The notes under the pieces were generated by a model that was not told the DNA's origin, did no database searches, and saw only the letters and a program-made list of their open reading frames with translations. Shown here piece after piece: positions 1 to 13,984 of a stretch of DNA of 64,000 bases. The stretch is from positions 1 to 64,000 of the forward strand of contig NIVC01000521.1 of NCBI GenBank assembly GCA_002269645.1, written 5' to 3'. This DNA is from Macrostomum lignano (Eukaryota). Numbering within the stretch: the stretch's first letter is position 1; each line of letters starts with the position of its first letter. The position numbers and the translations under genes are program-made.

Positions 1-531
<531 letters not shown>

Positions 532-1186
532 CCCTCTCTAGCCCCACACACATTTCTATCGCCATTCTGACTGTTTCAAACATTCCAAAATACCATTGCA
601 ATTCTCCATCACTCATTAGCATATTTTCTCAAACAGAATTTTCCTACCCCAATGACCAGCATCTGGGGGTCCCGACCTCCAGGGGATTATGGAAGCCGGC
701 TGCAAGCTCCCTGCTGTGCTCTGCTGTTGCATCAAGGTGAAGCTAAGCCGGGATTTAGTTGGCGCCTAGCAAAGAAAATTAATCAACTGCAAGCATTCAA
801 TTTTAACTCAGCCAGGGCGGTGGTAGCTGCATAGTCCCCAGTTCCCGTCAGCTCAAGCGCTTGAGTCCCCGTGTCTCCCAGGGGCTGATTGTCAGTTAGC
901 AGTTTAAAGCGAGCAGCTCGCGAAGGGAGGATTGTAAAATTTTCATCTCAGACATTGATGTCACGAAATTCGCTGGATCGGCTGGCCCAGACCCAGCTCA
1001 CTATGCATGACGATAGCAAGAGGGGAGAATTAGCAAGGCATGCAAAGTTCACGCTCGGCTTCACCCAAGGCAATTTAGTTTGGCAGCTGCGCTTCTTGCC
1101 CGCACGCCCTTCTCCCCGCTGTGCCCCCCCCCCCTGTCTCACTTTCTTCTCCTTCTGAGTCTGAAACAGTCTGAGTCTGTTTCCGT

Positions 1187-3700
1187 TATCTCCCCATTTA
1201 CCCTCTGTGTGTGTCCCTTATCTCCCCATTTCCCCTCTGTGTGTGTCCCTTATCTCCCCATTTACCCTCTGTGTGTCCCCTTTATCTCTCCATTTACCCT
1301 CTGTGTGTCCCCCTTATCTCCCCATTTACCCTCTGTGTGTCCCCTTTATCTCTCCATTTACCCTCTGTGTGTGTCCCTTATCGCCCTATTCACCCTCTGT
1401 GTGTGTCCCTTATCGCCCTATTCACCCTCTGTGTGTGTCCCTTATCGCCCTATTCACCCTCTGTGTGTGTCCCTTATGTCCCCATTTACCCTCTGTGTGT
1501 GTAAGTCTTTGTCCCCCGGTCTTTATTCCCCGGTCTCTATTCTCCAGTCTCTATTCCCCAGTCTCTCTTCCCCAATCTCTATTCTTTAGTCTCTATTCCC
1601 CAGTCTCTATTCCCCAGTCTCTATTCCCCAGTCTCTATTCCCCAGTCTCTATTCCCAGTCTCTCTTCCCCAGTCTCTATTCCCAGTCTCTATTCCCCAGT
1701 CTCTCTTCCCCAGTCTCTATTCCCCAGTCTCTATTCCCAGTCTCTCTTCCCCAGTCTCTATTCCCAGTCTCTATTCCCCAGTCTCTATTCCCCAGTCTCT
1801 CTTCCCCAGTCTCTATTCCCAGTCTCTATTCCCCAGTCTCTATTCCCCAGTCTCTATTCCCCAGTCTCTCTTCCCCAGTCTCTATTCCCAGTATCTATTC
1901 CCAGTCTCTATTCCCCAGTCTCTATTCCCAATCTCTATTCTTTAGTCTCTATTCCCCAGTCTCTATTCCCCAGTCTCTATTCCCCAGTCTCTATTCCCCA
2001 GTCTCTATTCCCAGTCTCCCTTCCCCAGTCTCTCTTCCCCAGTCTCTATTCCCCAGTCTCTATTCCCAGTCTCTATTCCCCCTCTGTGTGTGTCCCTTAT
2101 CGCCCTATTCACCCTCTGTGTGTGTCCCTTATGTCCCCATTTACCCTCTGTGTGTGTAAGTCTTTGTCCCCCGGTCTTTATTCTCCAGTCTCTCTTCCCC
2201 AGTCTCTATTCCCAGTCTCTATTCCCAGTCTCTATTCCCCAATCTCTATTCCCAGTCTCTCTTCCCCAGTCTCTATTCCCCAGTCTCTATTCCCAGTCTC
2301 TATTCCCAGTCTCTCTTCCCCAGTCTCTATTCCCCAGTCTCTATTCCCCAGTCTCTATTCCCCAGTCTCTATTCCCCAGTCTCTATTCCCAGTCTCTATT
2401 CCCAGTCTCTATTCCCCAGTCTCTATTCCCAGTCTCTATTTCCCAGTCTCTATTCCCCAGTCTCTATTCCCAGTCTCTATTCCCCAATCTCTATTCCCAG
2501 TCTCTCTTCCCCAGTCTCTATTCCCAGTCTCTATTCCCCAGTCTCTATTCCCCAGTCTCTATTCCCAATCTCTATTCTTTAGTCTCTATTCCCCAGTCTC
2601 TATTCCCCAGTCTCTATTCCCCAGTCTCTATTCCCCAGTCTCTATTCCCAGTCTCTCTTCCCCAGTCTCTCTTCCCCAGTCTCTCTTCCCCAGTCTCTAT
2701 TCCCCAGTCTCTATTCCCAGTCTCTATTCCCCCTCTGTGTGTGTCCCTTATCGCCCTATTCACCCTCTGTGTGTGTCCCTTATGTCCCCATTTACCCTCT
2801 GTGTGTGTAAGTCTTTGTCCCCCGGTCTTTATTCTCCAGTCTCTCTTCCCCAGTCTCTATTCCCCAGTCTCTATTCCCAGTCTCTATTCCCCAATCTCTA
2901 TTCCCAGTCTCTCTTCCCCAGTCTCTATTCCCAGTCTCTATTCCCCAGTCTCTATTCCCCAGTCTCTATTCCCAATCTCTATTCCCCAGTCTCTATTCCC
3001 CAGTCTCTATTCCCCAGTCTCTATTCCCAGTCTCTATTCCCAGTCTCTATTCCCCAGTCTCTATTCCCAGTCTCTATTTCCCAGTCTCTATTCCCCAGTC
3101 TCTATTCCCAGTCTCTATTCCCCAATCTCTATTCCCAGTCTCTCTTCCCCAGTCTCTATTCCCAGTCTCTATTCCCCAGTCTCTATTCCCCAGTCTCTAT
3201 TCCCAATCTCTATTCTTTAGTCTCTATTCCCCAGTCTCTATTCCCCAGTCTCTATTCCCCAGTCTCTATTCCCCAGTCTCTATTCCCAGTCTCTCTTCCC
3301 CAGTCTCTCTTCCCCAGTCTCTCTTCCCCAGTCTCTATTCCCCAGTCTCTATTCCCAGTCTCTATTCCCCCTCTGTGTGTGTCCCTTATCGCCCTATTCA
3401 CCCTCTGTGTGTGTCCCTTATGTCCCCATTTACCCTCTGTGTGTGTAAGTCTTTGTCCCCCGGTCTTTATTCTCCAGTCTCTATTCCCAGTCTCTATTCC
3501 CAGTCTCTCTTCCCCAGTCTCTATTTCCAGTCTCTATTCCCCAGTCTCTATTCCCCAGTCTCTATTCCCCAGTCTCTATTCCCAGTTTCTCTTCCCCAGT
3601 CTCTATTCCCCAGTCTCTATTCCCAGTCTCCATTCCCAGTCTCTATTCCCAGTCTCCATTCCCAATCTCTATTCCCAGTCTCTGTCCCCCGGTCTCTATC
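1187..3700. repeat. Composite minisatellite: CCCTCTGTGTGTGTCCCTTAT.. blocks plus (CCCCAGTCTCTATT)n 13-14 bp units, with a ~650 bp higher-order period
   Basis: The marker GTAAGTCTTTGTCCCC recurs at about 1501, 2156, 2806 and 3446. Confidence 0.93.
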
Positions 3701-4980
3701 GTTATGTCTTTATTCTTACACTACCACTCGCACTTTCTAATGATTCAACTGCAGTCTTGAAGACTCAAGCTAAAAGCCCTTATCCATAGAACCCTACACT
3801 GAATCGATATTAAGATGGCACTCCAGCAATTCACTAGAAGTGGCTTCCCCCCACCCCCGCGTGGCGGACCTCAGTTGCGTAACGAGCTGAGCTCAAACCA
3901 GACCAAACTAAACTCGAGAAGCAACCGAGCTGGAAGAGCAGGACACCCGAACGCCCCAGTGCAGACTCTGAAGGAAGAACCAAGAAAATAAATCAGTTTG
4001 ATGAAACGAAAAACCAACGGTAGCTGCACTCGGCTTTAACAGCGGCAGCGGCGCTGTTCACTCTACGCTGCGCTTGATCAAGCTTCATGTTTTATTCATT
4101 AGGACTGGGCCGAGGAGAGGACTAGCTGAGACAGACCGACGACAGACAGATAGAGAAACTCTTTGCCGGAGTGCCGTGATTGATCTCTCTACCTCTCTCT
4201 CTCTCTCTGTCTCTCTGTTGGTTAAAAAATTGAAACCAGAGATGGCAACAAATCTGTTTTGCTGTCGGACAGCGGCAATCGCAGCTTGTAACTCACAGCA
4301 GCTGTTTGGGGAAGAGGGAGTGCTCAGTCAGTGCTTGAGCAGCCCTTAATGAGGCGGGAGGCGTTGGTGGTGCACGGGGCGGTGAAGCTGTGAATGTGAG
4401 CTGACGCATGGAGACCGTTGACTAAGGATCTGGAGTATCCCAACTCTTGTTCAAATCCGAAATTTCAAGACCATAAATTACCGAGTTTCTTTTCTTTTAC
4501 TAAAGTTCTCAAAACTTCTGTCAAGACTGGCGATCGGAAAGTCAGGGCTGCTTTACACCCTGTGTGTGTGAGTGCGTGCCAGATTCTGGTTGATGATCTC
4601 CATGGCTGATGCAACTGTCGTGAGCAGCTACCCCTGCTCCACCCCAATCCCCAATCCTCTAAAAAACCAGCGTGCTGCTTTAATATGAGCCTGTGATAGA
4701 TCTACTGCTCAGCACTGCTCAGAGTAGGGCGGTGGCGGCGGCAGCTTCTCTTTGAGCTGAGGCGCCATCCTTCTTGTCCACCCTCTGCTCACACTCAGTC
4801 CGACCGGGCATTGAGTTTACACGTGCAGCTCAAGTGGGCCATTCAAGGCGTTTTACACTGTCGCTTTTTACAACCTTTGATTCTCTGCCTGTGCTCACCG
4901 CCTGGCCCTCTTATCCCACCTGTATTTGCCTTTCAGTATATTTCTAATTATATCTCTATCTTTTACCTGTCTATTTCTAT

Positions 4981-5600
4981 CTGTCCACCTGTCTCATCTC
5001 AGCCTGTCCACCTGTCTCTCTCAGCCTGTCCACCTGTCTCTCTCAGCCTGTCCACCTGTCTCTCTCAGCCTGTACACCTGTCTCTCTCATCCTGTCCACC
5101 TGTCTCTCATTCTGTCCACCTGTCTCTCTCAGCCTGTCCACCTGTCTCTCTCAGCCTGTCCACCTGTCTCTCTCAGCCTGTCCACCTGTCTCTCCCAGCC
5201 TGTCCACCTGTCTCTCTCAGCCTGTCCACCTGTCTCTCCCAGCCTGTCCACCTGTCTCTCTCAGCCTGTCCACCTGTCTCTCTCAGCCTGTCCACCTGTC
5301 TCTCTCAGCCTGTCCACCTGTCTCTCTCATTCTGTCCACCTGTCTCTCTCAGCCTGTCCACCTGTCTCTCTCAGCCTGTCCACCTGTCTCTCTCAGCCTG
5401 TCCACCTGTCTCTCTCATTATGACCACCTGTCTCTCTCATCCTGTCCACCTGTCTTTCTCATTCTGTCCACCTGTCTCTCTCATCCTGTCCACCTGTCTC
5501 TCTCATTCTGTCCACCTGTCTCTCTCAGCCTGTCCACCTGTCTCTCTCAGCCTGTCCACCTGTCTCTCTCAGCCTGTACACACCTATCACTCTCAGCCTG
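4981..5600. repeat. 22-bp minisatellite (CCTGTCCACCTGTCTCTCTCAG)n
   Basis: Direct tandem units visible. Confidence 0.95.
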
Positions 5601-5999
5601 TCCCTTAGAAACACCAAGTTTGTAAAAAACTTAAGTTTGATAGTTTATTAAGTCAAATAGCAATTAAAGCTAATTATAAAATGAAAGATTTTAATCTCTT
5701 GATGCCTTGACCTTGGGGAATAAAAAAACAGACACCGGAGACCAAATAGAAATTCGATCAAATCGAGGCCTCAATTCTTGGCCTGGCCATACTCGTATAA
5801 AATTCCCAATTAACTGGTGAGCATTCGATTCGCCAAAGCAGAAATGGGATACCTTCTTATCTCATCTGATAAGCAGACAGGCCGGTGGCGAGTCTGAGTC
5901 AGGATGCTCTTCTCGCTGTCGTCTGGCTGACTGCCTATATCTACCAATGGCTCGCGCGAACACAGCGAACATTGTTAGTGCTGGTCAAATGCCTCACCT

Positions 6000-6790
6000 C
6001 TTCTCTCCTGCTCACCCTCACTCTCTCCTGCTCACCCTCACTCTCTTCTGCTCACCCTCACTCTCTCCTGCTCACCCTCACTCTCTCCTCCTCACCCTCA
6101 CTCTCTCCTCCTCACCCTCAATCTCTTCTGCTCACCCTCACTCTCTCCTGCTCACCCTCACTCTCTTCTGCTCACGTTCAATCTCTTCTGCTCACCCTCA
6201 CTCTCTCCTGCTCACCCTCACTCTCTCCTGCTCACCCTCAATCTCTTCTGCTCACCCTCACTCTCTCCCGCTCACCCTCACCCTCTTCTGCCCACCCTCA
6301 CTCTCTCCTGCTCACCCTCACCCTCTCCTGCTCACCCTCACTCTCTTCTGCTCACCCTCACTCTCTCCTGCTCACACCCTCACTCTCTCCTGCTCACCCT
6401 CACTCTCTTCTGCTCACCCTCACTCTCTCCTGCTCACCCTCACTCTCTCCTGCTCACCCTCACTCTCTCCTGCTTACCCTCAATCGCTTCTGCTCACCCT
6501 CACTCTCTCCTGCTCACCCTCGCCCTCTCCTGCTCACCCTCACTCTCTTCTGCTCACCCTCACTCTCTCCTGCTCACACCCTCACTCTCTCCTGCTCACC
6601 CTCACTCTCTTCTGCTCACACCCTCACTCTCTTCTGCTCACCCTCACTCTCTTCTGCTCACCCTCACTCTCTCCTGCTCACCATCACTCTCTCCTGCTCA
6701 CCTTCACTCTCTTCTGCTCACCCTCACTCTCTTCTGCTCAGCCTCACTCTCTCCTGCTCACCCTCACTCTCTTCTGCTCACCCTATTGCC
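6000..6790. repeat. 20-bp minisatellite (CTCACCCTCACTCTCTCCTG)n
   Basis: Direct tandem units visible. Confidence 0.95.
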
Positions 6791-7687
6791 ACTTCCCCTC
6801 TTTTCCCTCACAGTCTCTTTCTGAGTCATTAAATGCTCAATGGTAGATACCTTTAAAATGAGTTAATAAATCTACTATAGTAAAATTATAATGGCTATAT
6901 ATTTTTTTATTTGCGCTCTACATACTCGTTCTGAATACCGCAAATGTTCACCATAATATGAAACCCATTAGAGCAAAATTTTGATATACAGCCGATTCTC
7001 TCAGCAAGCACATGATCAGCAGTTTCCCAGCCAGTCGCCCATATTCGCGGTCATCCGCAAAGTCCTCCTAAAAGCAGCTTACCTACCTGACTTGCTTTTT
7101 ATCAATAGCGATCATATTTTCTTGCTGAATAAGTTGGTCGCTGATTCAAAACCGGCCATCCCAGCCCTTTTTTACGATCGCCGCCCGCCATTGTGAGCTG
7201 CGGCGCGCACAAAAGAATCTTTGAAATATTTTTTTGCCTTTCGGAAATTTATCACGATTGGCTCAACTGCATCCTGGCCCTGCCGTGCACAATGGGATAG
7301 ATTCTTTGTAGCAAAAGTGTATCCTGCAATGCTCTCTTTCAAGTGAAAGTTCAGTGCACAAAATTGAAGAAACTCCACCAGCGAAAGTTTGATGAGGAGA
7401 AAATTTCAATTGTGCTTTTATTGCTCAGTAGTAGATAATTACGACAGTGCTATTTCCTTAGTTTCTACTCATTCGACTTTGTAAGTAGTCTGGTAGGAGC
7501 AGTCTTTGTAGTTTTGATATTGCAGGATAGAATATAATATTGAATATAACTTCGATGAATAGTTAAATCGATATGGTAGATACTTAAAGCTAAGTGGAAA
7601 AGTTGCAGTGTCATCGATAAAATAAAAAAGTTTGCAGTGATGGTTAATGTCTTAGGGTTAAGGCGAAGAGAGCATTATGGAGAGAAG

Positions 7688-8312
7688 GGGGGAGTGAGGT
7701 GGTTGTTCTGAAGAACGCTGATGATCAGGGTAGGGGAGTGAGGTGGTTGCTCTGAAGAACGCTGATGATCAGGGTAGGGGAGTGAGGTGGTTGCTCTGAA
7801 GAACGCTGATGATCAGGGTAGGGGAGTGAGGTGGTTGCTCTGAAGAACGCTGATGATCAGGGTAGGGGAGTGAGGTGGTTGCTCTGAAGAACGCTGATGA
7901 TCAGGGTAGGGGAGTGAGGTGGTTGCTCTGAAGAACGCTGATGATCAGGGTAGGGGAGTGAGGTGGTTGCTCTGAAGAACACTGATGATCAGGGTAGGGG
8001 AGTGAGGTGGTTGCTCTGAAGAACGCTGATGATCAGGGTAGGGGAGTGAGGTGGTTGCTCTGAAGAACGCTGATGATCAGGGTAGGGGAGTGAGGTGGTT
8101 GCTCTGAAGAACGCTGATGATCAGGGTAGGGGAGTGAGGTGGTTGCTCTGAAGAACGCTGATGATCAGGGTAGGGGAGTGAGGTGGTTGCTCTGAAGAAC
8201 ACTGATGATCAGGGTAGGGGAGTGAGGTGGTTGCTCTGAAGAACGCTGATGATCAGGGTAGGGGAGTGAGGTGGTTGCTCTGAAGAACGCTGATGATCAG
8301 GGTAGGGGTGAG
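7688..8312. repeat. 44-bp minisatellite (GGGTAGGGGAGTGAGGTGGTTGCTCTGAAGAACGCTGATGATCA), about 14 near-identical copies
   Basis: Tandem units with no spacers, lying just 3' of the stop of the damaged class C GPCR copy. Confidence 0.96.
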
Positions 8313-9514
8313 GTGTTTGTTTTTCAAAACGACTCCTTCACATTGATTTTTAAAATTTCAAACTCTCAGGCCTGACCAGACTCTGGTCAGCTTCATCGCC
8401 AGATCGAATTTCCTGAAGCTGGTCAGCCTGACGTGGGACAGTCTCTGCGGCCGGACTCAGCATGATGAAGCGCAGCTGAGAGGCGAACAGGCTGACCAGA
8501 GTTGCAGAAGCTGACACTGAGGTGCCAAAACACAGAGCCAAGATGCGGATGGCTGCAGACTCGCTAGCCAGTAAGTAGCAGAGCAGGAGCAGCAGACAGG
8601 TGATGAAGTTGCAGACGGCGGTGACGCACAGCTGCCTGATTTCGTTGCTCGCAACCGGGACGTTCCGGAGAGCGGCGGAGGCTGAGCCAATCAAAAAGAA
8701 GAGCGCTAGCAGCATTGGATAGGCCAAACGGATTAGATAGGGCTGACCAATCAGAGAGGCGCAGACCAGCTGTTGGCGGTCACGTGACGGAGATATGCTC
8801 ACCACCTGCGGCGGCTGTAGCATGAGCCACACCGTCAGCGCGGCCAGTTGGACGCAGACGAGAAGCCCAAAAGTGACCATCTGGGTGGTGGAATTTATCT
8901 CAATAAAACTTTGGCGTTCGAAGTAAATGATAAATGGACGGAGCAACCTTCGTTTCTTAGAAACTTTTTGAAGGCTCGCGTCAAACACTGTCCGAACCAA
9001 CCTGCACTCCAGTCGACAAAGCGCTTCGCACCGTCTTGACCAGCAGCGCCGACGAGCTGACGGCGACGCCGAATCCGACAACGAACCGTTGGACGCCGCA
9101 GAGCCAGTTGCTGGGCCGGGCGCACAGCAGGAACGTGGCCGAGTAGCACAGGACGAGGCCCAGCAGCAGCAGCAGGCTCAGCTCCAGGCCGGAGGCTCGA
9201 ACCACGGCGCTGTCGCGATGCCAGACAAACACGCCGATGGCGAACAGCGACGCCGCGACGCCCAAAGAGGCGAGCGCCATCGCTGCAATCGCTGCCGGGT
9301 GGCTGAAGGTGAGGAGCTCCTGAGAGGCGGGTGAAACTGTGACGACACGGATGCAGTGGCTATGAAATATTCAGATTCTAAAACTCAGGATACCCGTTAC
9401 ATGCAGACTTTGGCCCATCTACGAGCTATTTACTTGGAACCCCCCTGAAAGCCCGTTTTGATGCTGCCATTCCCAGGTTTCTGGCAACCCCGGCCACTAG
9501 TTGCATTGTTATTC

Positions 9515-9775
9515 CGCGTCATTCATTTGCGTCATCTGCGTCATCTGCGTCATTTGCGTCATTCAGCTGCGTCATCTGCGTCCTTTGCGTCATTCAGCTG
9601 CGTCATTTGCGTCATTCATCTGCATCCTTTGCGTCATTCATCTGCGTCATTTGCGTCATCTGCGTCATTTGCGTCATCTGCGTCATCTGCGTCATCTGCG
9701 TCATTTGCGTCATCTGCGTCATTTGCGTCATTCAGCTGCGTCATTTGCGTCATTCAGCTGCGTCATTTACGTTGT
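9515..9775. repeat. 9-bp repeat (TCATCTGCG/TCATTTGCG)n in an intron of the damaged paralog
   Basis: Tandem units. A short version of the same motif sits at ~12495-12550. Confidence 0.92.
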
Positions 9776-10867
9776 TCGTCTGCGTTACCTCCGTTCCCCG
9801 TCACACCTGTGCTGCGTCCCGCCGCCCCGCGGAGAAATACGCCGGCTGCATCCGTGTGTCAGGATAACCATAAGCTTCCTGTTGTACTGTTCTTTTGGTT
9901 TTTTTCTGCATCGGACCTATAGGCGTGATTTGAGCGGCGTTAGCCGTCCCAACCCCCGACTAGCACCGCGTCATACGAGTGCTTGAGACGGTCGAGCCGC
10001 TCGAGCTGTAGTACGCGAGTGGGCGAGCGGCCGCAGTGAGGGTCCGTACACCACCAGATGAAAAGCGGAATCTCCCCCGTCATCACAAGATCCTTTCATT
10101 TGAAAGAATTTTTAAGCGTGCTTTCTCGACTCGCGTTTTCCGTTGTCAGGACTCAAGGACGACTAAAGTAAAGCCCCAAACGAATTTCGCCGCACACGGA
10201 ATCGAATCAGGGGCTGTCACGCGAGAGTCGGGCGCGTTTTCCTCTGGGCTGCTCTGCCCCCCAGAAGCTGCTCTAAATGCATGAATGCCGCGAACCTCTT
10301 CAGTTGGCTCGCAGCGGTTTAGAATCTCGGACAGCCTGGTCCCGGCCGGGCAGGTATTGCACTGCTGCTTGTCCTCGCTTAAAACTTGGTTCTCGGCGCA
10401 CCGGACGCAAAGCCAGCATTCGCAGCCGACTCCCCCGGGATTCGCTGCCTGCCGGGATCTCGGCGGACACTCGGGCTGGCAGTCCGATTTCGGTGGCGTG
10501 CTGCCACCGTCGCGGAAGCGCAGTTGGCGACCTGGAGCGAGCTGCAGCTGACCGCGGCTGCCGCGTCGAAGCGGGCGACCTTGCGCCATTTGTAACTTCT
10601 TGTCAGCTGCTCCCCGTTATACTGAAAGTTCAGAATCCGATAGAGCGGAGGGCCGTCGCGGCTGTCAGGAGTAAAGCTGAAGTCGCCCCCGGTATGGCTC
10701 TCGAAGGTGATCGACTGCAGCGCGGCTTAGAGCTCCGGGCCGCTTGTCGACAGCCGCCGCAGGCAGTCCGGGCGGGGCAGGCCAGCAGTGCAGAAGCGGT
10801 TGTAAAGCACCTGATGGAACGGGGCACGAAAATGCTTGAACTGCGACCCCGAATGCCTTTTTGTTCC

Positions 10868-11712
10868 TTCACAGCCTCCCGTACAGTCCCAGCAATCACA
10901 GCTTCCCGTACAGTCCCAGCAATCACAGCCTCCCGTACAGTCCCAGCAATCACAGCCTCCCGTACAGTCCCAGCAATCACAGCTTCCCGTACAGTCCCAG
11001 CAATCACAGCCTCCCGTACAGTCCCAGCAATCATAGCCTCCCGTACAGTCCCAGCAATCATAGCCTCCCGCACAGTCCCAGCAATCACAGCCTCCCGTAC
11101 AGTCCCAGCAATCACAGCCTCCCGTAAAGTCCCAGCAATCACAGCTTCCCGTAAAGTCCCAGCAATCATAGCCTCCCGCACAGTCCCAGCAATCACAGCT
11201 TCCCGTACAGTCCCAGCAATCACAGCCTCCCGTACAGTCCCAGCAATCATAGCCTCCCGTACAGTCCCAGCAATCACAGCCTCCCGTACAGTCCCAGCAA
11301 TCACAGCCTCCCGTACAGTTCCAGCAATCACAGCTTCCCGTAAAGTCCCAGCAATCACAGCTTCCCGTAAAGTCCCAGCAATCATAGCCTCCCGCACAGT
11401 CCCAGCAATCACAGCCTCCCGTACAGTCCCAGCAATCACAGCCTCCCGTACAGTCCCAGCAATCACAGCCTCCCGTACAGTCCCAGCAATCACAGCTTCC
11501 CGTAAAGTCCCAGCAATCACAGCCTCCCGTACAGTCCCAGCAATCACAGCCTCCCGTACAGTCCCAGCAAGCACAGCCTCCCGTACAGTCCCAGCAATCA
11601 CAGCCTCCCGTACAGTCCCAGCAATCACAGCCTCCCGTACAGTCCCAGCAATCACAGCTTCCCGTAAAGTCCCAGCAATCACAGCCTCCCGCACAGTCCG
11701 AGCAATCACAGC
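10868..11712. repeat. 27-bp intronic minisatellite (CAGCCTCCCGTACAGTCCCAGCAATCA), about 31 copies
   Basis: Fills the intron that follows ..AFAVALR|GTGAGG in the damaged paralog. Confidence 0.96.
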
Positions 11713-13767
11713 CCGCCTCACCCGCAACGCCACCGCGAACGCCATCACCGCATCGCTGACGAACTGCAGCTGCGGCTCCGACATTCTGAGCTCCGGTCGG
11801 CACATCTCCGAGTGCTTCTGGTTGTACGGCGTCTGCAGCCCGTCGGGCAGCCAGCAGTTGAAGTAGTCCTCCCAGAACTCGGCAAACCACGGGTTCCGCG
11901 TGTTGGTGTCGGGTCGCAGGCCGACGAAGTACTTCTTGAAGCCGAAGATATGCTTTGCTAGAGGCTGCACTGTCACTGCGCCTTTAATCTGAATAGTTGA
12001 TGAAGTTTTCAAGTTGAATTACTCGGATAGCTACTGACAATAGTAAGCTGCGCAAAAATCAGTCCTAGTTTCGGGCACCCACAGCTTCATCTCTGGCGTC
12101 GCCGTAGGGCTTTGGCGGGATGCCCAGCAGCCGGAGTCGCCGATCCAGCTGAATCTATTCGAGCCGTTGAGCCGTTGGACTGCGCTCACCAGGTCACCGA
12201 CGCCCTGGACACTCCCGATAATTATCACACCTGATTGGTGTAAAGTACGGGATGGGGCCACAACTTTTGAGTATCCAAGATTCTGGAGCCTTCTCACTCA
12301 GTGTGCTTCAACCAAAATTGCTTATCTGTTCCATTTTACAACAAAAATATTTTACACAACTTACTTGAACGGAATAACATTCAAAGCATTAGTTTTTGCG
12401 TTAGACCTACTTGATCTAGAAAAAGTTCTGATGATGTAGAAACCGATTTTCGATCTGACTCTTCACTTTTACTCCAGCCTTTACTCCAAATTCGTCATCT
12501 CCGTCATTCATCTGCGCATCATCTTCGTCATTTGCGTCATTCATCTGCAACTAGAGCTACCTTGAGCCCCGGCTCCATCAAAAGCGGAACTCAGTTTTAG
12601 CAGGCGTCGAACAAGAGCCTCGAATTTGCTGGACAGTGCAGTAACTTTTGGCAGCACGTAGGAAGCGCCGGTGCAGATTGCAGTTCGGACTCCAGACTGC
12701 CGTACACCTGCCAGACGGTATGTAATCAATCGAATTTTGAGTGTCGAAACAAACCTGTTAAACATGCTGTCTTATTTGGTGCCGTTTCATTCTATCTCCC
12801 ACTTGCTCGGCAGATTGTCAATTTAAGTGATGAAGCTGAATAAAGCTAAAAAACCCTTGCTGCTGATGCGCGACCATGGAGTGGGGTGGTAGCCCCGGGA
12901 TGCTCAACCCCATGGCGCATGCACAGAGTGTACATGCCTGACGATTAGAAAGTCAAGCGAGCTTCGTCGAGTCTGCAATGGGTTGAATTTGACTTATGGT
13001 GCTAATAAAAGGACTTTTGATCTGATAGAGGTTTAGAAGCTAGAAAGGAAGCTCTGCTGTTACGCATGGAAACGCCTGACAAAATACAGCTTTCTAACAA
13101 AATCGATAGGAAAATGTCATTTTGTACTTTCATACAAAGTTCGCAGCACACTGTCGCCTTTATGGAAGATTATGCACTTTCAGCCTTCTTCGGCTATGCT
13201 TGCTGGGCAGTATAAAAGGGAAGGAAATGTTGAACAGAGATTTCTACGTAGGCTCTGGGTTGGATATAGGATTAGTCCAGTCCAGGTGTATCTCTAGAGG
13301 TACCGGGAGCAATAGGATGCTGCTCCTCTCTTTCACGCAAACTCATTGAACTCTTCCCAGACACACGATCAACTAAGTAGGAAATGTCAAAACTGAAATT
13401 TGGTCAAAATTTGCTCACTATTAATGAAGTGCATAGCCTGATTCATTATGTAGTCATCAGAGTCGTCACAGTCGTCCTTGATGACCAAGCCGAGGCTGAT
13501 GTTAGGCCCGACCAGTCCCATCCTGTTCACCGAGTCCAGCGTGTACAGCATGGCCTCCAGCACTTGGATGCCACCTAGAGGAGAGATTCTACCGCAGACT
13601 CCGGCCTCAGAGAAAGAGTGCACTGACACCAGACCGCCAACGTAGACATCTCCTTTGATGTGCAGTTTTTGTTTTTGGTTTTTGCATACGCTCGTACTAC
13701 TAAAAGTAAATGAGACTTTTAGACTCACTTGAAAGACTAAATCAGACCAAATCTAAGCCATTTGGGC

Positions 13768-13975
13768 TTGTCTCGACTTTCTCGGCTCTCGTCTCGACAT
13801 TCTTGGCTCTCGTCTCGACATTCTCGGCTCTCGTCTCGACATTCTCGGCTCTCGTCTCGACATTCTTGGCTCTCGTCTCGACATTCTCGGCTCTTATCTC
13901 GACATTCTCGGCTCTCGTCTCGACATTCTCGGCTCTTATCTCGACTTTCTCGGCTCTCGTCTTCACATTCTCCAC
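13768..13975. repeat. 21-bp minisatellite (TCTCGGCTCTCGTCTCGACAT)n
   Basis: About 10 tandem units abutting the GA tract. Confidence 0.93.
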
Positions 13976-13984
13976 ATTCTTCAG

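Larger units (their letters stand above)
8350..13690 (-). pseudogene. Damaged tandem paralog of the class C (mGluR/mXR-like) GPCR
   Basis: Recognisable exons: ~13690-13419 (GDVYVGGL..GGIQVLEAM..IKDDCD), ~12720-12561 (AICTG..RRLL..FDGAGAQG), ~12235-12085 (VIIIGS..RFSWIGDSG), ~11990-11720 (RNPWFAEFWE..EPQLQFVSDAVMAFA), ~10812-10296 (VFT end plus cysteine-rich domain), 9319-9003 (TM1-3), ~8882-8350 (TM4-7). There is an in-frame TAA at 10727-10729 (SGPEL*AALQS) and a 1-nt frameshift near 10565. No intact exons for the VVGA..SS or FSTA..TIPSD segments, and no signal-peptide exon found. Confidence 0.8.

Noticed and set aside
7000-7420. Possible reverse-transcriptase remnant on the minus strand (SPHQ..; IVINFRKA)
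   Set aside because: Only vague motif resemblance across different frames with stops; not supportable without an HMM search.
7688-8312. 44-bp array as CRISPR, hammerhead-ribozyme satellite (CTGATGA..GAA) or box C/D snoRNA array
   Set aside because: There are no unique spacers. The core has GAAG rather than GAAA and stems I and III cannot form. The unit is too short for a C/D snoRNA.
10727-11890. Cys-rich (GCDCWDCTG)n ORF resembling a metallothionein, and the overlapping (TVREAVIAG)n and (SRTVPAITA)n ORFs
   Set aside because: These are readings of a stop-free 27-bp intronic minisatellite bounded by GT/AG sites that are conserved with the paralog.
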